A stretch of 64,000 nt of DNA from an uncultured Acidobacteriota bacterium. Lineage in GTDB: Bacteria > Acidobacteriota > UBA6911. A model generated the notes under the pieces. The model did no database searches. It was not told the origin of the DNA and was given only the letters and a program-made list of their open reading frames with translations. Location: contig CAWJKZ010000014.1 in the NCBI GenBank assembly GCA_963843575.1, positions 416,001 to 480,000 of the forward strand. The letters are read 5' to 3'. Positions 1-12,440 of this stretch are shown piece after piece. The translations under genes and the position numbers were made by a program. Numbering within the stretch: position 1 is the stretch's first letter; every line of letters starts with the position of its first letter.

Positions 1-67
1 AAAGTGCGAGCGTGATAAGACGCTTCGCAAGATCCGAACGACTGGTTTCTTCTAAGGATTCAAACAT
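1..67 (-). CDS. 5' fragment of a gene running off the window edge, possibly a TonB-family energy transducer (MFESLEETSRSDLAKRLITLAL...)
   Basis: ATG at 67-65 preceded by a GAGGGGG RBS; frame open to the edge; N-terminus followed by the start of a hydrophobic stretch resembles acidobacterial TonB N-termini (product is inference). Confidence 0.45.
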   Translation of the reverse strand, partial: MFESLEETSRSDLAKRLITLAL

Positions 68-135
68 TGATCCCCCTCGTAGACTGCCCGTGGGCCTGAG
101 AATTGGGGTGCTTGCGGTGCCGAATTGAGGAGGCG

Positions 136-165
136 ATCTTAATATCGCGCCGCAAAAACTGTCAA
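136..165 (-). promoter_or_regulatory. sigma70-type promoter for the edge gene
   Basis: Minus strand reads TTGACA-N18-TAAGAT. Confidence 0.55.
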
Positions 166-261
166 GCAGTTTTTCGCCCGCTTTCCCGTGAATTTTCAAC
201 CCTTTTGGGCGTTTTCGGAGATAGTTCTACCTTTCGACGAATGCTGTACTCCAACAATGTT

Positions 262-1464
262 CTAAGCAGCCTTCCGCCCCGATTTCTGATCCATGGTCCG
301 GTACCACCAGTCCACAATCGGGGAGGCGATCGCAATCGAAGAGTACGTCCCGATTATGATCCCCACCGTCAGGGCGAAAGAAAATCCGTTAAGCACCTCC
401 CCCCCGAACACAAACAGGGCAAATACGGATAGGAAGGTCATACCGGAAGTCATTATGGTTCGCGACAGGGTCTGGTTGATGCTCGTGTTGAGTATACGGG
501 TCAGGGATTCCTTCCGCATAACCCGCAGGTTTTCCCTGACCCTGTCGAAAATCACAATCGTGTCGTTGACCGAATAGCCGACCAAGGTCAGCACGGCGGC
601 GATAACGGTCAGCGAAATCTCCTTCTGGGTCAGCGCGAACAAACCCAGGGTGATGGTGACGTCATGCAGCAGCGCCACGATGGCTGCCACACCAAAAATC
701 GGCTTGAACCGGAACCCGATGTACACGAGCATGCCGAGGAACGACAGCCCGACAGCCAGCGCGGCCCGGCGCCGCAGGTCCGCTCCGACCACGGCCCCGA
801 CGCTCTCGACGCCCTTGATCGCGAACGCTCCCGCATAGAAGTTGTTCTTGGCAAACTGCACCACCGCGCCGCTCACCCCGGGCGCCTGGCTGAGTTCGTC
901 GAGCGAGCCCACCAGACCGTCCTTCACCCGGTTGCGGAAGTCGAGAAGCGAGGTCGCGACCTCTTTGTAGTGCGACTCCAGTTCCTGGCTTGTCTTCCCC
1001 TGGGACTTCAGCCCGTCAGGATCGGCTTCGAGCAGCCGCGTCCGCAGCATGTCGAGGCCGACATTGTTGCCGTTGAAGTCCGGTTTGGGATTGTTCACGT
1101 TCTCCTTGTCCAGCGCTTCCTGCAGGAGCTTTCTCACAACCCGCTGCCCCGAGTCGACATCCTCGCCCGCCTGGTACACCCGCTGCATCCTTATCTGGAC
1201 GGAGTTCTTCTCGGGCACGTCGAAGCGCTGGATGATCGTTGTACCAACGGACTCGGGCCTGAGCGCACCGCGGATCTCATCGAGATTCGGCGTGTTTCTC
1301 AGCTTCAGATACACCACCGTGCCACCGGTGAAATCGATTCCGTAGGCCAACCCGCCCCGCAGGATCCAGCCCGCGATGCCCAATACCAGCAGGGCCGCCG
1401 ACACCCCTATAAACCACCATTTTCTACCGATCCAATCGATCGATATATCGCGAAAAATTTCCAC
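262..1464 (-). CDS. secF: protein translocase subunit SecF (with extra periplasmic insertion)
   Basis: GIDFTGG, ALLHDV, GYSVNDTIVIFDRVREN, TLSRTIMTS, GTYSSI motifs; downstream of secD. Confidence 0.97.
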   Translation of the reverse strand: MEIFRDISIDWIGRKWWFIGVSAALLVLGIAGWILRGGLAYGIDFTGGTVVYLKLRNTPNLDEIRGALRPESVGTTIIQRFDVPEKNSVQIRMQRVYQAGEDVDSGQRVVRKLLQEALDKENVNNPKPDFNGNNVGLDMLRTRLLEADPDGLKSQGKTSQELESHYKEVATSLLDFRNRVKDGLVGSLDELSQAPGVSGAVVQFAKNNFYAGAFAIKGVESVGAVVGADLRRRAALAVGLSFLGMLVYIGFRFKPIFGVAAIVALLHDVTITLGLFALTQKEISLTVIAAVLTLVGYSVNDTIVIFDRVRENLRVMRKESLTRILNTSINQTLSRTIMTSGMTFLSVFALFVFGGEVLNGFSFALTVGIIIGTYSSIAIASPIVDWWYRTMDQKSGRKAA

Positions 1465-1593
1465 TTAAGTTCTCCCGTCGATCCAGGTATCCGGCCGGGA
1501 CTTCGGGGGCGTGCTCCAGAGGTATCCGTCGTTTTGGCTTTTCGCCTTCAGAACGTCTTGGACCCCTTTGTCGCCCCGAAGTTCCGACATTTC

Positions 1594-3204
<1,611 letters not shown>

Positions 3205-3265
3205 GTTTTTACCTTACGCTGTGGATCCGGCGGGGCCGCCGAACCGCGCCGTGAGAAGGGGTCGA

Positions 3266-3577
3266 TCAGCTGCCCTGATTCTCCTCCGGGCCCTGAATGC
3301 CCGCGACGGCACTCTTCGAGACTTCGATCTTGACCTGGTCGGAGATCTTCAGGATGAACGTCTTCTCCTTTACACCAGCGATGGTGCCATAGATGCCCGA
3401 GCTGGTGATTACCTTGTCGCCGTTCCGGAGGGCGGCGATCATCGCGTCCACCTTTTTCTGCCTCTTGCGCATCGGCATAAAGATCAGGAGGTAAAAGATG
3501 GCGCCGATAATGATGATAGGGGCAAATTGCACCAGGATATCCGGCGTCGCAGCCTGCATCAGTGTCGGCTGTTGCAT
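3266..3577 (-). CDS. yajC: preprotein translocase subunit YajC
   Basis: FYLLIFMPMRKRQKK, LRNGDKVITSSGIYG; tgt-yajC-secDF synteny. Confidence 0.95.
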   Translation of the reverse strand: MQQPTLMQAATPDILVQFAPIIIIGAIFYLLIFMPMRKRQKKVDAMIAALRNGDKVITSSGIYGTIAGVKEKTFILKISDQVKIEVSKSAVAGIQGPEENQGS

Positions 3578-3664
3578 TGAACTCCCAACCTTTCAGTTCC
3601 GGATGCCTCTTGATTTTGGAGAAGCCGGGTGGACTTGGTGGACGGAGACGGCCCGCCGATCCCT

Positions 3665-4861
<1,197 letters not shown>

Positions 4862-4905
4862 TTAGCAGTTGTGCGGGAACCCAGGGATTCGAGTATATTG
4901 GGCTC

Positions 4906-6093
4906 ATGCGAATCGCGGTGATCGGCGCTCGGCTCGCGGGTTCCTACGCCAGCCTGCTACTTTCGTCCCAGGGGCACGAGGTGCTCCTTTTTGACCACAC
5001 CACCGATCGGGAGAAGCCGTGCGGCGGCGGGGTCACATCCAAGGCCCTCCGCACAATGTCGTGGTTCAGGGAAAACCCGCTGCCGCACAACACCATCGAC
5101 ACAGTGCGGTTGACAACCCTGTTCGGCTACAGCGGCAAGCTCAAGCTGCGCAACCCGATCCACATCTTCTCCCGCGCCACTCTGGACGCGGCCCTGCGCG
5201 CCGCCGCCATGGCCGCGGGAGCCCGCTTCATCCAGGAACGTGCCGTCCGCTTCGAACCCGCAGTACGCGGCTGGGCTGTCCACACGAGGGGAACCGCCTA
5301 TGAGGTCGACTACCTGGTGGGCGCCGACGGCGCGACCAGCAGTGTGCGTAGCGCCCTCGCCGGCCGCTATGCGGCCGAGGACCTCTCCCTGGCCCTCGGC
5401 TACTACCTCCCGGGACTGTATCACCCGAACGCGGTGCTCGCCCATTTCCAGGAAAGCGGTTTCTTCGGCTATCTCTGGTCGTTCCCCCGTCTCGATCACT
5501 CGTCGGTCGGAATCCTCCGCTGGCTGCCCGAGGCCAACGCGGCGGAATTGCGCCGGCGCGTGCTGGAGTTCATCTCGGCAAGGTACCCCGGGGCCGGTGA
5601 GGACAAGAAGTTTTACGCGGCTCGCATCCCGTGTCTCAGCCGCAGGCGGTTGCTCGACCAGCGTGTCTGCGGCCGCAACTGGGCGCTGCTCGGCGATGCC
5701 GCCGGCTTCGCCGACGCCATCACCGCCGAAGGGATCCACTACGCGCTCCGTTCCGCCGAACTGCTCGCCGGCGTGTTCAGGCGAGGCAGGCCCGAGGACT
5801 TCGAGCAGGAATGGCGCGAGGACTTCGGCGGGGATCTCGAGCGTGCGGCCGCATGGCGCGACCGCTTCTATGCCGGGACGTTCCTGTTTACGACCTTCAT
5901 CCACCGCGCGGTGCAGATCGCACGCCTGAGCCCCACCGCCCAGCGCATGACCGACGCGCTCATCTCGGGGAAAAGCACCTACCTCGAACTGCGCCGACAG
6001 CTGATCGTGCGCAGCCCGCGGATCCTCGTGGAGGCCCTCTGCAACACTTCGTTCCGGGCCCGGGATTCCGCCGACGCCGTTCCGATCGCCTAG
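4906..6093 (+). CDS. geranylgeranyl reductase-family FAD-dependent oxidoreductase
   Basis: N-terminal dinucleotide fold, KPCGGG, VGADG, GYLWSFP, LLGDAAGFADAITAEGI. Confidence 0.85.
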   Translation: MRIAVIGARLAGSYASLLLSSQGHEVLLFDHTTDREKPCGGGVTSKALRTMSWFRENPLPHNTIDTVRLTTLFGYSGKLKLRNPIHIFSRATLDAALRAAAMAAGARFIQERAVRFEPAVRGWAVHTRGTAYEVDYLVGADGATSSVRSALAGRYAAEDLSLALGYYLPGLYHPNAVLAHFQESGFFGYLWSFPRLDHSSVGILRWLPEANAAELRRRVLEFISARYPGAGEDKKFYAARIPCLSRRRLLDQRVCGRNWALLGDAAGFADAITAEGIHYALRSAELLAGVFRRGRPEDFEQEWREDFGGDLERAAAWRDRFYAGTFLFTTFIHRAVQIARLSPTAQRMTDALISGKSTYLELRRQLIVRSPRILVEALCNTSFRARDSADAVPIA

Positions 6094-6217
6094 GCGATCC
6101 TGCGAGACCTCCGAATGTCGCTCGTGACCGGTAGCACGCACCTCGAAATCTTCTGAGTCCAACGGGATCGGAGGAACCCCGGTTCGTGCCGAGAAAGTGC
6201 GGGGTGGGAGCGAGGCG

Positions 6218-7237
6218 TCACAGAACGCTTGCGTACCCGCCCTGGCGCTGCAGCCAATACGCGGTGCTGTTGTCGAGCATAAACAGCTCGTCGCGGGAAC
6301 CGACGAGGCCCACCAGCATGGGGGCGGCGACATGGTGCTCGGGTACATTGGCCCCGGGCACCAGCCGGAAAATCCCCTTGCGGCCGGCGAACGCCGTCGC
6401 AATCCACAGCTCACCCTCGGGCGAGCACCACATCCCCTGCGGCCTGGCCAGTCCCGTCGCGCGTATTTCCACCCTGCCCTTTTCCGGTATGAGATAGAGC
6501 GGATCCCTCATGGCCAGCGTCGGGCCGGTCACGAAAAGCCGGTCCTGGGCATCGATGGCCAGGTGATACGCCGACACGCTCGGCTCGAGTCGCGCGTACT
6601 CCTCCCTTTCGCCCGATGCCCCGAGACGCAGGATCCGGCCCGCACGGTCGCCCACATACATGGAGCCATTGGAGTCGAACGCGATGCCGCACGCGGTCCC
6701 GAGATCGTCCGCGACAGTTTCCAGTTCCTCGAAATCCCTGAACCGGTAGACGGTGCCATCATGGCGGCTCGAGACGTACAGCTGGCCGTCGGGGCCGAAG
6801 GCGAGCCCGGTCGCGTTGGTGATATCGCAGGCGAACGCCGTCTTCTCTCCGGTGCGGGTGACCCGCACGATGGGTTGAGGCACCTGTTGGCCGCGCGAGC
6901 CGCTTATCGTCGTGACGATCGAACCGTCCGGAGCCAGGGCGGGGCTGGTGACCGGGTGCAACTCTCCGGCCAGCGGGGCCGCCACCGCGAATGGATAGAC
7001 AGCCGACTCCCTGGCCCCCACCTTCAGGATGAGCCCCAGGCTTCTGGAACTCCACGGCAGCCGTGCGATTACCCGGTCCTCCGACGCGCTCACGATCTCC
7101 GCCTCGGTATCCCCGAGCAGGACGCGGGACCGCGACGGGAGGCCGGGGCGAAATCCCCGGCAAAGGATCGTGATCTCGCCTCCAGGGACTCCGAGAGCAG
7201 GCTTAACCTCTGTGATGCAAAGACGTTCGGATGGCAT
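6218..7237 (-). CDS. IPT/TIG-domain plus NHL/SMP-30 (gluconolactonase-like) beta-propeller protein
   Basis: N-terminal ITEVKPALGVPGGEITI Ig-like segment; repeats ATGLAFGPDGQLYVS, ACGIAFDSNGSMYVGD, AYHLAIDAQDRLFVT, PQGMWCSPEGELWIA. Confidence 0.75.
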   Translation of the reverse strand: MPSERLCITEVKPALGVPGGEITILCRGFRPGLPSRSRVLLGDTEAEIVSASEDRVIARLPWSSRSLGLILKVGARESAVYPFAVAAPLAGELHPVTSPALAPDGSIVTTISGSRGQQVPQPIVRVTRTGEKTAFACDITNATGLAFGPDGQLYVSSRHDGTVYRFRDFEELETVADDLGTACGIAFDSNGSMYVGDRAGRILRLGASGEREEYARLEPSVSAYHLAIDAQDRLFVTGPTLAMRDPLYLIPEKGRVEIRATGLARPQGMWCSPEGELWIATAFAGRKGIFRLVPGANVPEHHVAAPMLVGLVGSRDELFMLDNSTAYWLQRQGGYASVL

Positions 7238-7275
7238 GTGGCCGGATTATGCATTAGCGCGCCGGGAAGATCAAG

Positions 7276-7304
7276 TTGACAACCCCGGGTGCCGGTCCTA
7301 CCAT
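7276..7304 (+). promoter_or_regulatory. sigma70 promoter for uvrA
   Basis: TTGACA-N17-TACCAT. Confidence 0.65.
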
Positions 7305-7350
7305 TTTTCGTTTGCTCACCACCGTAAAAACCTCGCCGGGAGACTGACAC

Positions 7351-10272
7351 TTGCCTGCAGAGAACAAGGGCGCGATCGTAGTCGTGGGCGCGAGGGTACA
7401 CAACCTTAAGAACATTACGGTGGACATCCCCCTGAATGCGCTGACCGTCGTCACCGGCGTCTCCGGCAGCGGCAAGAGCAGCCTCGCCTTCGACACGCTC
7501 TACGCCGAGGGGCAACGGCGTTACGTCGCCTCCCTGTCCGCCTATGCCAGACAGTTCCTGGAACGGATCGATCGCCCCGATGTCGACGACATTCAAGGCA
7601 TCTGCCCGGCCCTCGCGATCCGGCAGAAGAACTACACCAGGAACCCGCGATCGACCGTGGGGACCGTCACCGAGATCAACGACTACCTGAGGCTGCTCTA
7701 TGCCCGGATAGGGGTGACTCATTGCCACGTCTGCGGGCGGCGCGTCGAGAAGGACACCCCGGATAAGATCGCCGACTTCGTGCTCGCGCTCCCGCCGGGG
7801 ACCCGGGTCCTGGTTTGCCTGCCCCTGTCGCTCGAAGAAGCCGGGGCGACTCTTCCGGGCCGCGGACGCGCAACGGCCGGCGCCCGGGGACCCGAGACAA
7901 AGTTGGCGATGTCGCTTCCCGGGCTCCTGCAGCAGGGTTTCGTGCGGCTGCTGATCGGTGAGCGCGTCGTCGAGCTGTCGGAGGCAATGGAAGCGCTGCA
8001 AAAGAGCGCCTCCAAGCAGGTGCACGTGGTGGTGGACAGACTGGTGATCCAGGGGGACATCCGCAAACGCCTGGTGGACTCTCTCGAAATCTGCGGCCGG
8101 GAATCCGAGGGCCGCATCGAGCTCGTCTTCCCCGCCGCGCCGCAACCGGTCGATCTGCGGGAATTGATCCCCGCCGAACACCCCGAGGTCCGCTGGCTGG
8201 CCCATCCCGCGGGAACGCTCGTGAAGTTCAGCGAGAAGTTCGAGTGCCAGCTTTGCGGTGTACCCTACGAGGAGCCCGAACCGCGCCTCTTCTCGTTCAA
8301 CAACCCCTTCGGCGCCTGCCCCGATTGCCAGGGCTTCGGCAACACCATGACGGTGGACTTGGACAGGGTCGTCCCGGACAAGTCCAGGAGCCTGGCGGAA
8401 GGTGCCGTGCACCCTTGGACGAAGCCGCGTTATCGCACCTTCCAGGCGAAGCTGCTGCAGTTTGCCCAAAAGCGCGGGATCCCCGTCGACGCCCCCTGGT
8501 CCGACCTGGCCGAGGCCGACCAACATGCGATCGTGCGGGGGAAATTCGGCTTCCCCGGAATCCTCGGTTTTTTCGACTACCTTGAAGGCAAGAAGTACAA
8601 GATGCACGTGCGCATCTTCATCAGCCGGTACCGGGGATACTCGACCTGCCTGGCATGCGGCGGCGAGAGGCTGCGCCGCGAGGCGCGCGACGTGCTGGTG
8701 GGAGGGAAACGGATAACCGAGGTCACGCGGCTGTCGATCCGGGAGGCCGCCGCCTTCGTCGGAGGGCTCGCGCTGAGCCCGTCCCAGGAGGCGATCGCGG
8801 GAAAGATCCTCCAGGAGATCGCACACCGTCTCGACCTGCTGCTGCGCGTGGGGCTCGACTACCTTTCACTCGATCGCCTGTCTTCCTCGCTGTCCGGGGG
8901 CGAGTCGCAGCGCATCCAGCTGGCGACCTCGCTCGGGTCGACCCTGGTCGGAGCGCTGTACGTCCTGGACGAACCGAGCATCGGCCTTCACCCGCGCGAC
9001 AGCCGGCGTCTCGTGGACATACTGCAGGGCCTCAAGACGATCGGCAACACCGTGGTGGTCGTGGAACACGACCCGGAGATCATGAGCTTCGCGGACCACG
9101 TGATCGACCTCGGTCCCCGGGCCGGCGAGGACGGCGGCAGCGTGGTGTCCGCCGGAAGTTACGCGCATGTCCTACGCGACGCGAAATCGCTCACCGGCCG
9201 CTATCTCCGGGGCGAACTCAAGATCCCGGTGCCGCTTTTCCGGCGCAAACCCGACGGCCGCTGCATCGAGATCCTCAAGGCCAGCAAGCACAACCTGAAA
9301 TCGATCGACGTCCGCCTCCCGCTCGGGGTGTTCGTCTGCATCACCGGGGTCAGCGGCAGCGGTAAATCGACCCTCGTGCACGAGGTTCTCTATACCGCGA
9401 TTAAGCGGGCCAAGGGCGAGATCAACGAACCGCTCGAAGCGTGCGACGCAATCCGGGGTGGCGAACACCTCGCCGATGCGGTCCTCGTCGACCAGTCGCC
9501 GATCGGGCGTACGCCCCGCTCCAACCCTGCCACCTACGTGAAGGCCTTCGACGAGATCCGCGCCGTCTTCGCCCAGACGCGCGACGCGTACGCGCGCAAT
9601 CTCGGCCCCGGGCACTTCTCCTTCAACCTGGCCGGCGGCCGGTGCGAAACCTGCCAGGGGAGTGGGACCATCACGGTGGAGATGCAGTTCCTCGCCGACG
9701 TCGAACTCGTGTGCGACGACTGCAAGGGGAAGCGCTTCAAGAGTGCGGTCCTCGAGGTGCGTTACAAAGGGAAGAATATCGCCGAAGTGCTCGACATGAC
9801 CGTTCACGAGGCGATCGGTTTCTTCGCCGGCAACGCCGGCGTCACGCGCAAGCTGCGCCTGCTCGAGGAGATCGGTCTCGGGTACCTGCGGCTCGGCCAG
9901 TCGGCTACCTCGCTTTCCGGAGGCGAGGCTCAGCGGATCAAGCTCGCGTCCTACATCTCAAGGAAAACGGAGAAGCGGACGCTGTATATCTTCGACGAGC
10001 CGACCACCGGCCTCCACTTCGACGACATCCGCAAGCTCATCGCGGCTTTCGACCGGCTGCTGAACGCGGGCAACTCGATCGTCGTCATCGAGCACAACCT
10101 CGACATCATCAAGACCGCCGACTGGGTGATCGACCTGGGCCCCGAAGGGGGCGAGGCCGGCGGCCGGGTCGTTTTCGAGGGACCGCCCGACGAATTGGTG
10201 CGGTGCGAGTCGTCCTACACGGGGCGGTTCCTCAGGAAGTACCTCGAGGGCAGCCACGACAGCAGGCCGTGA
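7351..10272 (+). CDS. uvrA: excinuclease ABC subunit UvrA
   Basis: Two ABC domains (GVSGSGKS x2, [18 protein letters not shown]), zinc fingers, [15 protein letters not shown]; TTG start. Confidence 0.96.
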   Translation: MPAENKGAIVVVGARVHNLKNITVDIPLNALTVVTGVSGSGKSSLAFDTLYAEGQRRYVASLSAYARQFLERIDRPDVDDIQGICPALAIRQKNYTRNPRSTVGTVTEINDYLRLLYARIGVTHCHVCGRRVEKDTPDKIADFVLALPPGTRVLVCLPLSLEEAGATLPGRGRATAGARGPETKLAMSLPGLLQQGFVRLLIGERVVELSEAMEALQKSASKQVHVVVDRLVIQGDIRKRLVDSLEICGRESEGRIELVFPAAPQPVDLRELIPAEHPEVRWLAHPAGTLVKFSEKFECQLCGVPYEEPEPRLFSFNNPFGACPDCQGFGNTMTVDLDRVVPDKSRSLAEGAVHPWTKPRYRTFQAKLLQFAQKRGIPVDAPWSDLAEADQHAIVRGKFGFPGILGFFDYLEGKKYKMHVRIFISRYRGYSTCLACGGERLRREARDVLVGGKRITEVTRLSIREAAAFVGGLALSPSQEAIAGKILQEIAHRLDLLLRVGLDYLSLDRLSSSLSGGESQRIQLATSLGSTLVGALYVLDEPSIGLHPRDSRRLVDILQGLKTIGNTVVVVEHDPEIMSFADHVIDLGPRAGEDGGSVVSAGSYAHVLRDAKSLTGRYLRGELKIPVPLFRRKPDGRCIEILKASKHNLKSIDVRLPLGVFVCITGVSGSGKSTLVHEVLYTAIKRAKGEINEPLEACDAIRGGEHLADAVLVDQSPIGRTPRSNPATYVKAFDEIRAVFAQTRDAYARNLGPGHFSFNLAGGRCETCQGSGTITVEMQFLADVELVCDDCKGKRFKSAVLEVRYKGKNIAEVLDMTVHEAIGFFAGNAGVTRKLRLLEEIGLGYLRLGQSATSLSGGEAQRIKLASYISRKTEKRTLYIFDEPTTGLHFDDIRKLIAAFDRLLNAGNSIVVIEHNLDIIKTADWVIDLGPEGGEAGGRVVFEGPPDELVRCESSYTGRFLRKYLEGSHDSRP

Positions 10273-10639
10273 ATCGCCGGCAGCAACTCGCCGACCAGCC
10301 CCTCGTACGCACCATCGGATCCGGATTCTACCCGAAGTGAGGGTCCCGCCCTGCAGTGTTGAACAGCTCCTGGACATTGTCCTTGCTACCGGGAGATGAA
10401 AACCCCTCCACGAATCGGCGCGCGCAACTCCGCAGCCGGCCGCTTGTGTCTGAATCCAGCCTCGAGTGACGCCGGCTCTTCTCAGGCCATTCTGGCAGCT
10501 ACCCCTTTTCGATGGAGATCGGGAGGGATATCATTGAGTCAAGAGACACCATGGCATGAAACCACGCCATACTGGTCCCGCGCCGGCGAGCTCAATTCGG
10601 GTGGCCACCGACAGGTCTGCGGGATTCGCAGGCATTCAA

Positions 10640-10925
10640 GACGGACCGTCGAGCTCAAGATGCCGGCAGACGCACCCGGCCGCCTGGCGGGTCTGTCTCT
10701 GGAGAATGAAGCGGGAGAGCAATACCGGCTCCCTTCGACTCTGGAATCCCTTCCTGCCGGATCGCTGCTTCTCATCCTGTTCGACGGCAGAAACTCTGTT
10801 GAAGACGCGACTGTACATCCGCCCGCAGCGCGTTTCTCAACACCGGTTCCGGTTCGCTTCGGCTGGTAACATCAGGCGGGAATCCGCTGGACCAGATCGG
10901 CTGGGGGTCCAGCGAGCCTGTGGGT
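10640..10925 (+). pseudogene. frameshifted fragment of a lamin-tail-domain-like secreted protein
   Basis: VELKMP...LAGLSLENEAGEQYRLP...LPAGSLLLILFDG continues after a shift near 10820 into AFLNTGSGSLRLVTSGGNPLDQIGWG, matching the LTD pattern by eye. Confidence 0.45.
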
Positions 10926-10929
10926 GCGC

Positions 10930-11390
10930 CGCACGCTCCGGTACACGCAGTAGCTCCCGCCAGATCCGTCGGTGACCGGATACGTCTGAGTCTGGTGAAA
11001 GTTCAGCCTTGGGACTACCGTCACCCGCCTGCCCCACGGCGGCCAGTTGAATCCCAGCCCACCCCAGATCGTGCTGCTCTCCGGCCAGACCATAGGTCGG
11101 TCCGGGTTATTGGCCTCACACGGAGGATCCTCCGTGTAGGTAGGGGGCACCTCGCACCGCTGTGGGCCGTGGAAAAAACGCGAGCGAAAGCGAGCTCCGG
11201 TTCACCGGGCCAATCGAACCGCTGTTCTCATTGGGGGAAAACGTCTTCTCATAGCTGTTGGTAATAGTGAAGGGGCCACAGCCTGCATAGGTTCCCACCG
11301 AATCAGGGACAGATCCAGCAACCCTGCCAGATCCCCTGAAGAAACGCGGAGTGCCGGGCGCAATGCCGATCACCGAGGTGCCATTCCCTG
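10930..11390 (-). pseudogene. truncated, frameshifted fragment of an unknown extracellular-type protein
   Basis: ORF pieces 11116-11577 and 10872-11150 give protein-like text (GTYAGCGPFTITNSYEKTF; PPTYTEDPPCEANNPDRPMVWPESSTIWGG) with no credible start. Confidence 0.3.
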
Positions 11391-11398
11391 CACTTCCA

Positions 11399-11428
11399 TT
11401 GACCCTTCGGCCAGGTATTGAGTATGAT
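11399..11428 (+). promoter_or_regulatory. sigma70 promoter of 6S RNA
   Basis: TTGACC-N18-TATGAT, 7 nt before the predicted RNA 5' end. Confidence 0.7.
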
Positions 11429-11435
11429 AGCGACA

Positions 11436-11614
11436 GCCCCTGCAATGTTGGTGATGGCAACCAATATTTGAGCCAACATTCTATTTGACGGGAGCCTGAA
11501 TCGCTTCGCGGTGAGCGCACCTTTCCTTCGGGAACTCGAGCGCCTGAAGTGGAGCTAGGGCACCCCCTTGGTGACAAGGTTCAAGTAGAATTTGCCACAC
11601 GGCGGCGCGGGGGC
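11436..11614 (+). ncRNA. ssrS: 6S RNA
   Basis: ~180-nt rod: GCCCC/GGGGC ends, TGGCAA/TTGCCA, TTGAGCC/GGTTCAA, central bubble, GGGAGCCT/AGGGCACCC; followed by a T run; adjacent to ymdB and zapA, its usual neighbours. Confidence 0.88.
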
Positions 11615-11647
11615 CTTTTTTTTCGCGGGCAGGGGCGGACCGCTGCG

Positions 11648-12427
11648 ATGAGAGTGCTGTTTGTCGGGGACGTGTTCGGCAAAGCCGGACGGCGCATCGT
11701 GATCGAGAGTCTGCACGGCCTGATACACGAGCGCCAGATCGACTACTGCATCGCCAACGTTGAAAATGCCGCGGGCGGTTTCGGGATCACGCCGGAAATA
11801 GCCGACGAGATGCTGCGGTGCGAAATCGACCTGCTCACCTCGGGCAACCACATCTGGGACAAGCGGGCGATCATCCCATACCTTGCGGAGCAGCCCCGAC
11901 TGCTCCGCCCCCAGAACTACCCCGCCTCGGTTCCCGGCACGGGTGTCCACATCGGCCACACGGCCTCCGGGGTGCAGCTGGGGGTGCTCAACCTGCAGGG
12001 GCGCGTCTTCATGCCGACCCTAGATTGCCCATTCGCCGCGGGGGAGTCGGCTGTCGCTTACATCCGCAAGCAGACCCCGATTATCCTCGTCGATTTTCAC
12101 GGTGAGGCCAGCTCTGAGAAGCAGGCCTTCGCATGGTACATGGACGGGCGCGTCACAGCGGTGGTGGGGACCCACACCCACGTGCAGACCGCCGACGAGC
12201 GCATCCTGCCCAGGGGGACGGCGTTCATCACAGATCTGGGAATGACCGGGCCTTACGACTCGGTGATCGGCTCGGTGCCCGACCTCGCGCTGCAACGTTT
12301 CCTGACAGGGATACCGGTGCGGCTCGAACCAGCCTCGGGCAACCCGAGGCTCTGCGGCGTCATCATCGACGTCGATGATGAAACCGGCCGGGCCCGATCG
12401 ATCGTGCGGGTCAACCAGCACGGATGA
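11648..12427 (+). CDS. ymdB: YmdB/TIGR00282-family metallophosphoesterase
   Basis: LFVGDVFG, NVENAAGGFG, TSGNHIWD, VDFHGEASSEK, GTHTHVQTADE, DLGMTG. Confidence 0.93.
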   Translation: MRVLFVGDVFGKAGRRIVIESLHGLIHERQIDYCIANVENAAGGFGITPEIADEMLRCEIDLLTSGNHIWDKRAIIPYLAEQPRLLRPQNYPASVPGTGVHIGHTASGVQLGVLNLQGRVFMPTLDCPFAAGESAVAYIRKQTPIILVDFHGEASSEKQAFAWYMDGRVTAVVGTHTHVQTADERILPRGTAFITDLGMTGPYDSVIGSVPDLALQRFLTGIPVRLEPASGNPRLCGVIIDVDDETGRARSIVRVNQHG

Positions 12428-12440
12428 ACCCCGCAGCCGG

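Noticed and set aside
7238-7350. LexA box upstream of uvrA
   Set aside because: No convincing GTTC-N7-GTTC or palindromic SOS box seen.
11116-11647. ORF 11116-11577 as an intact gene and the 11549 upstream start for ymdB
   Set aside because: Both overlap the 6S RNA and its promoter; ymdB homology starts at ATG 11648.
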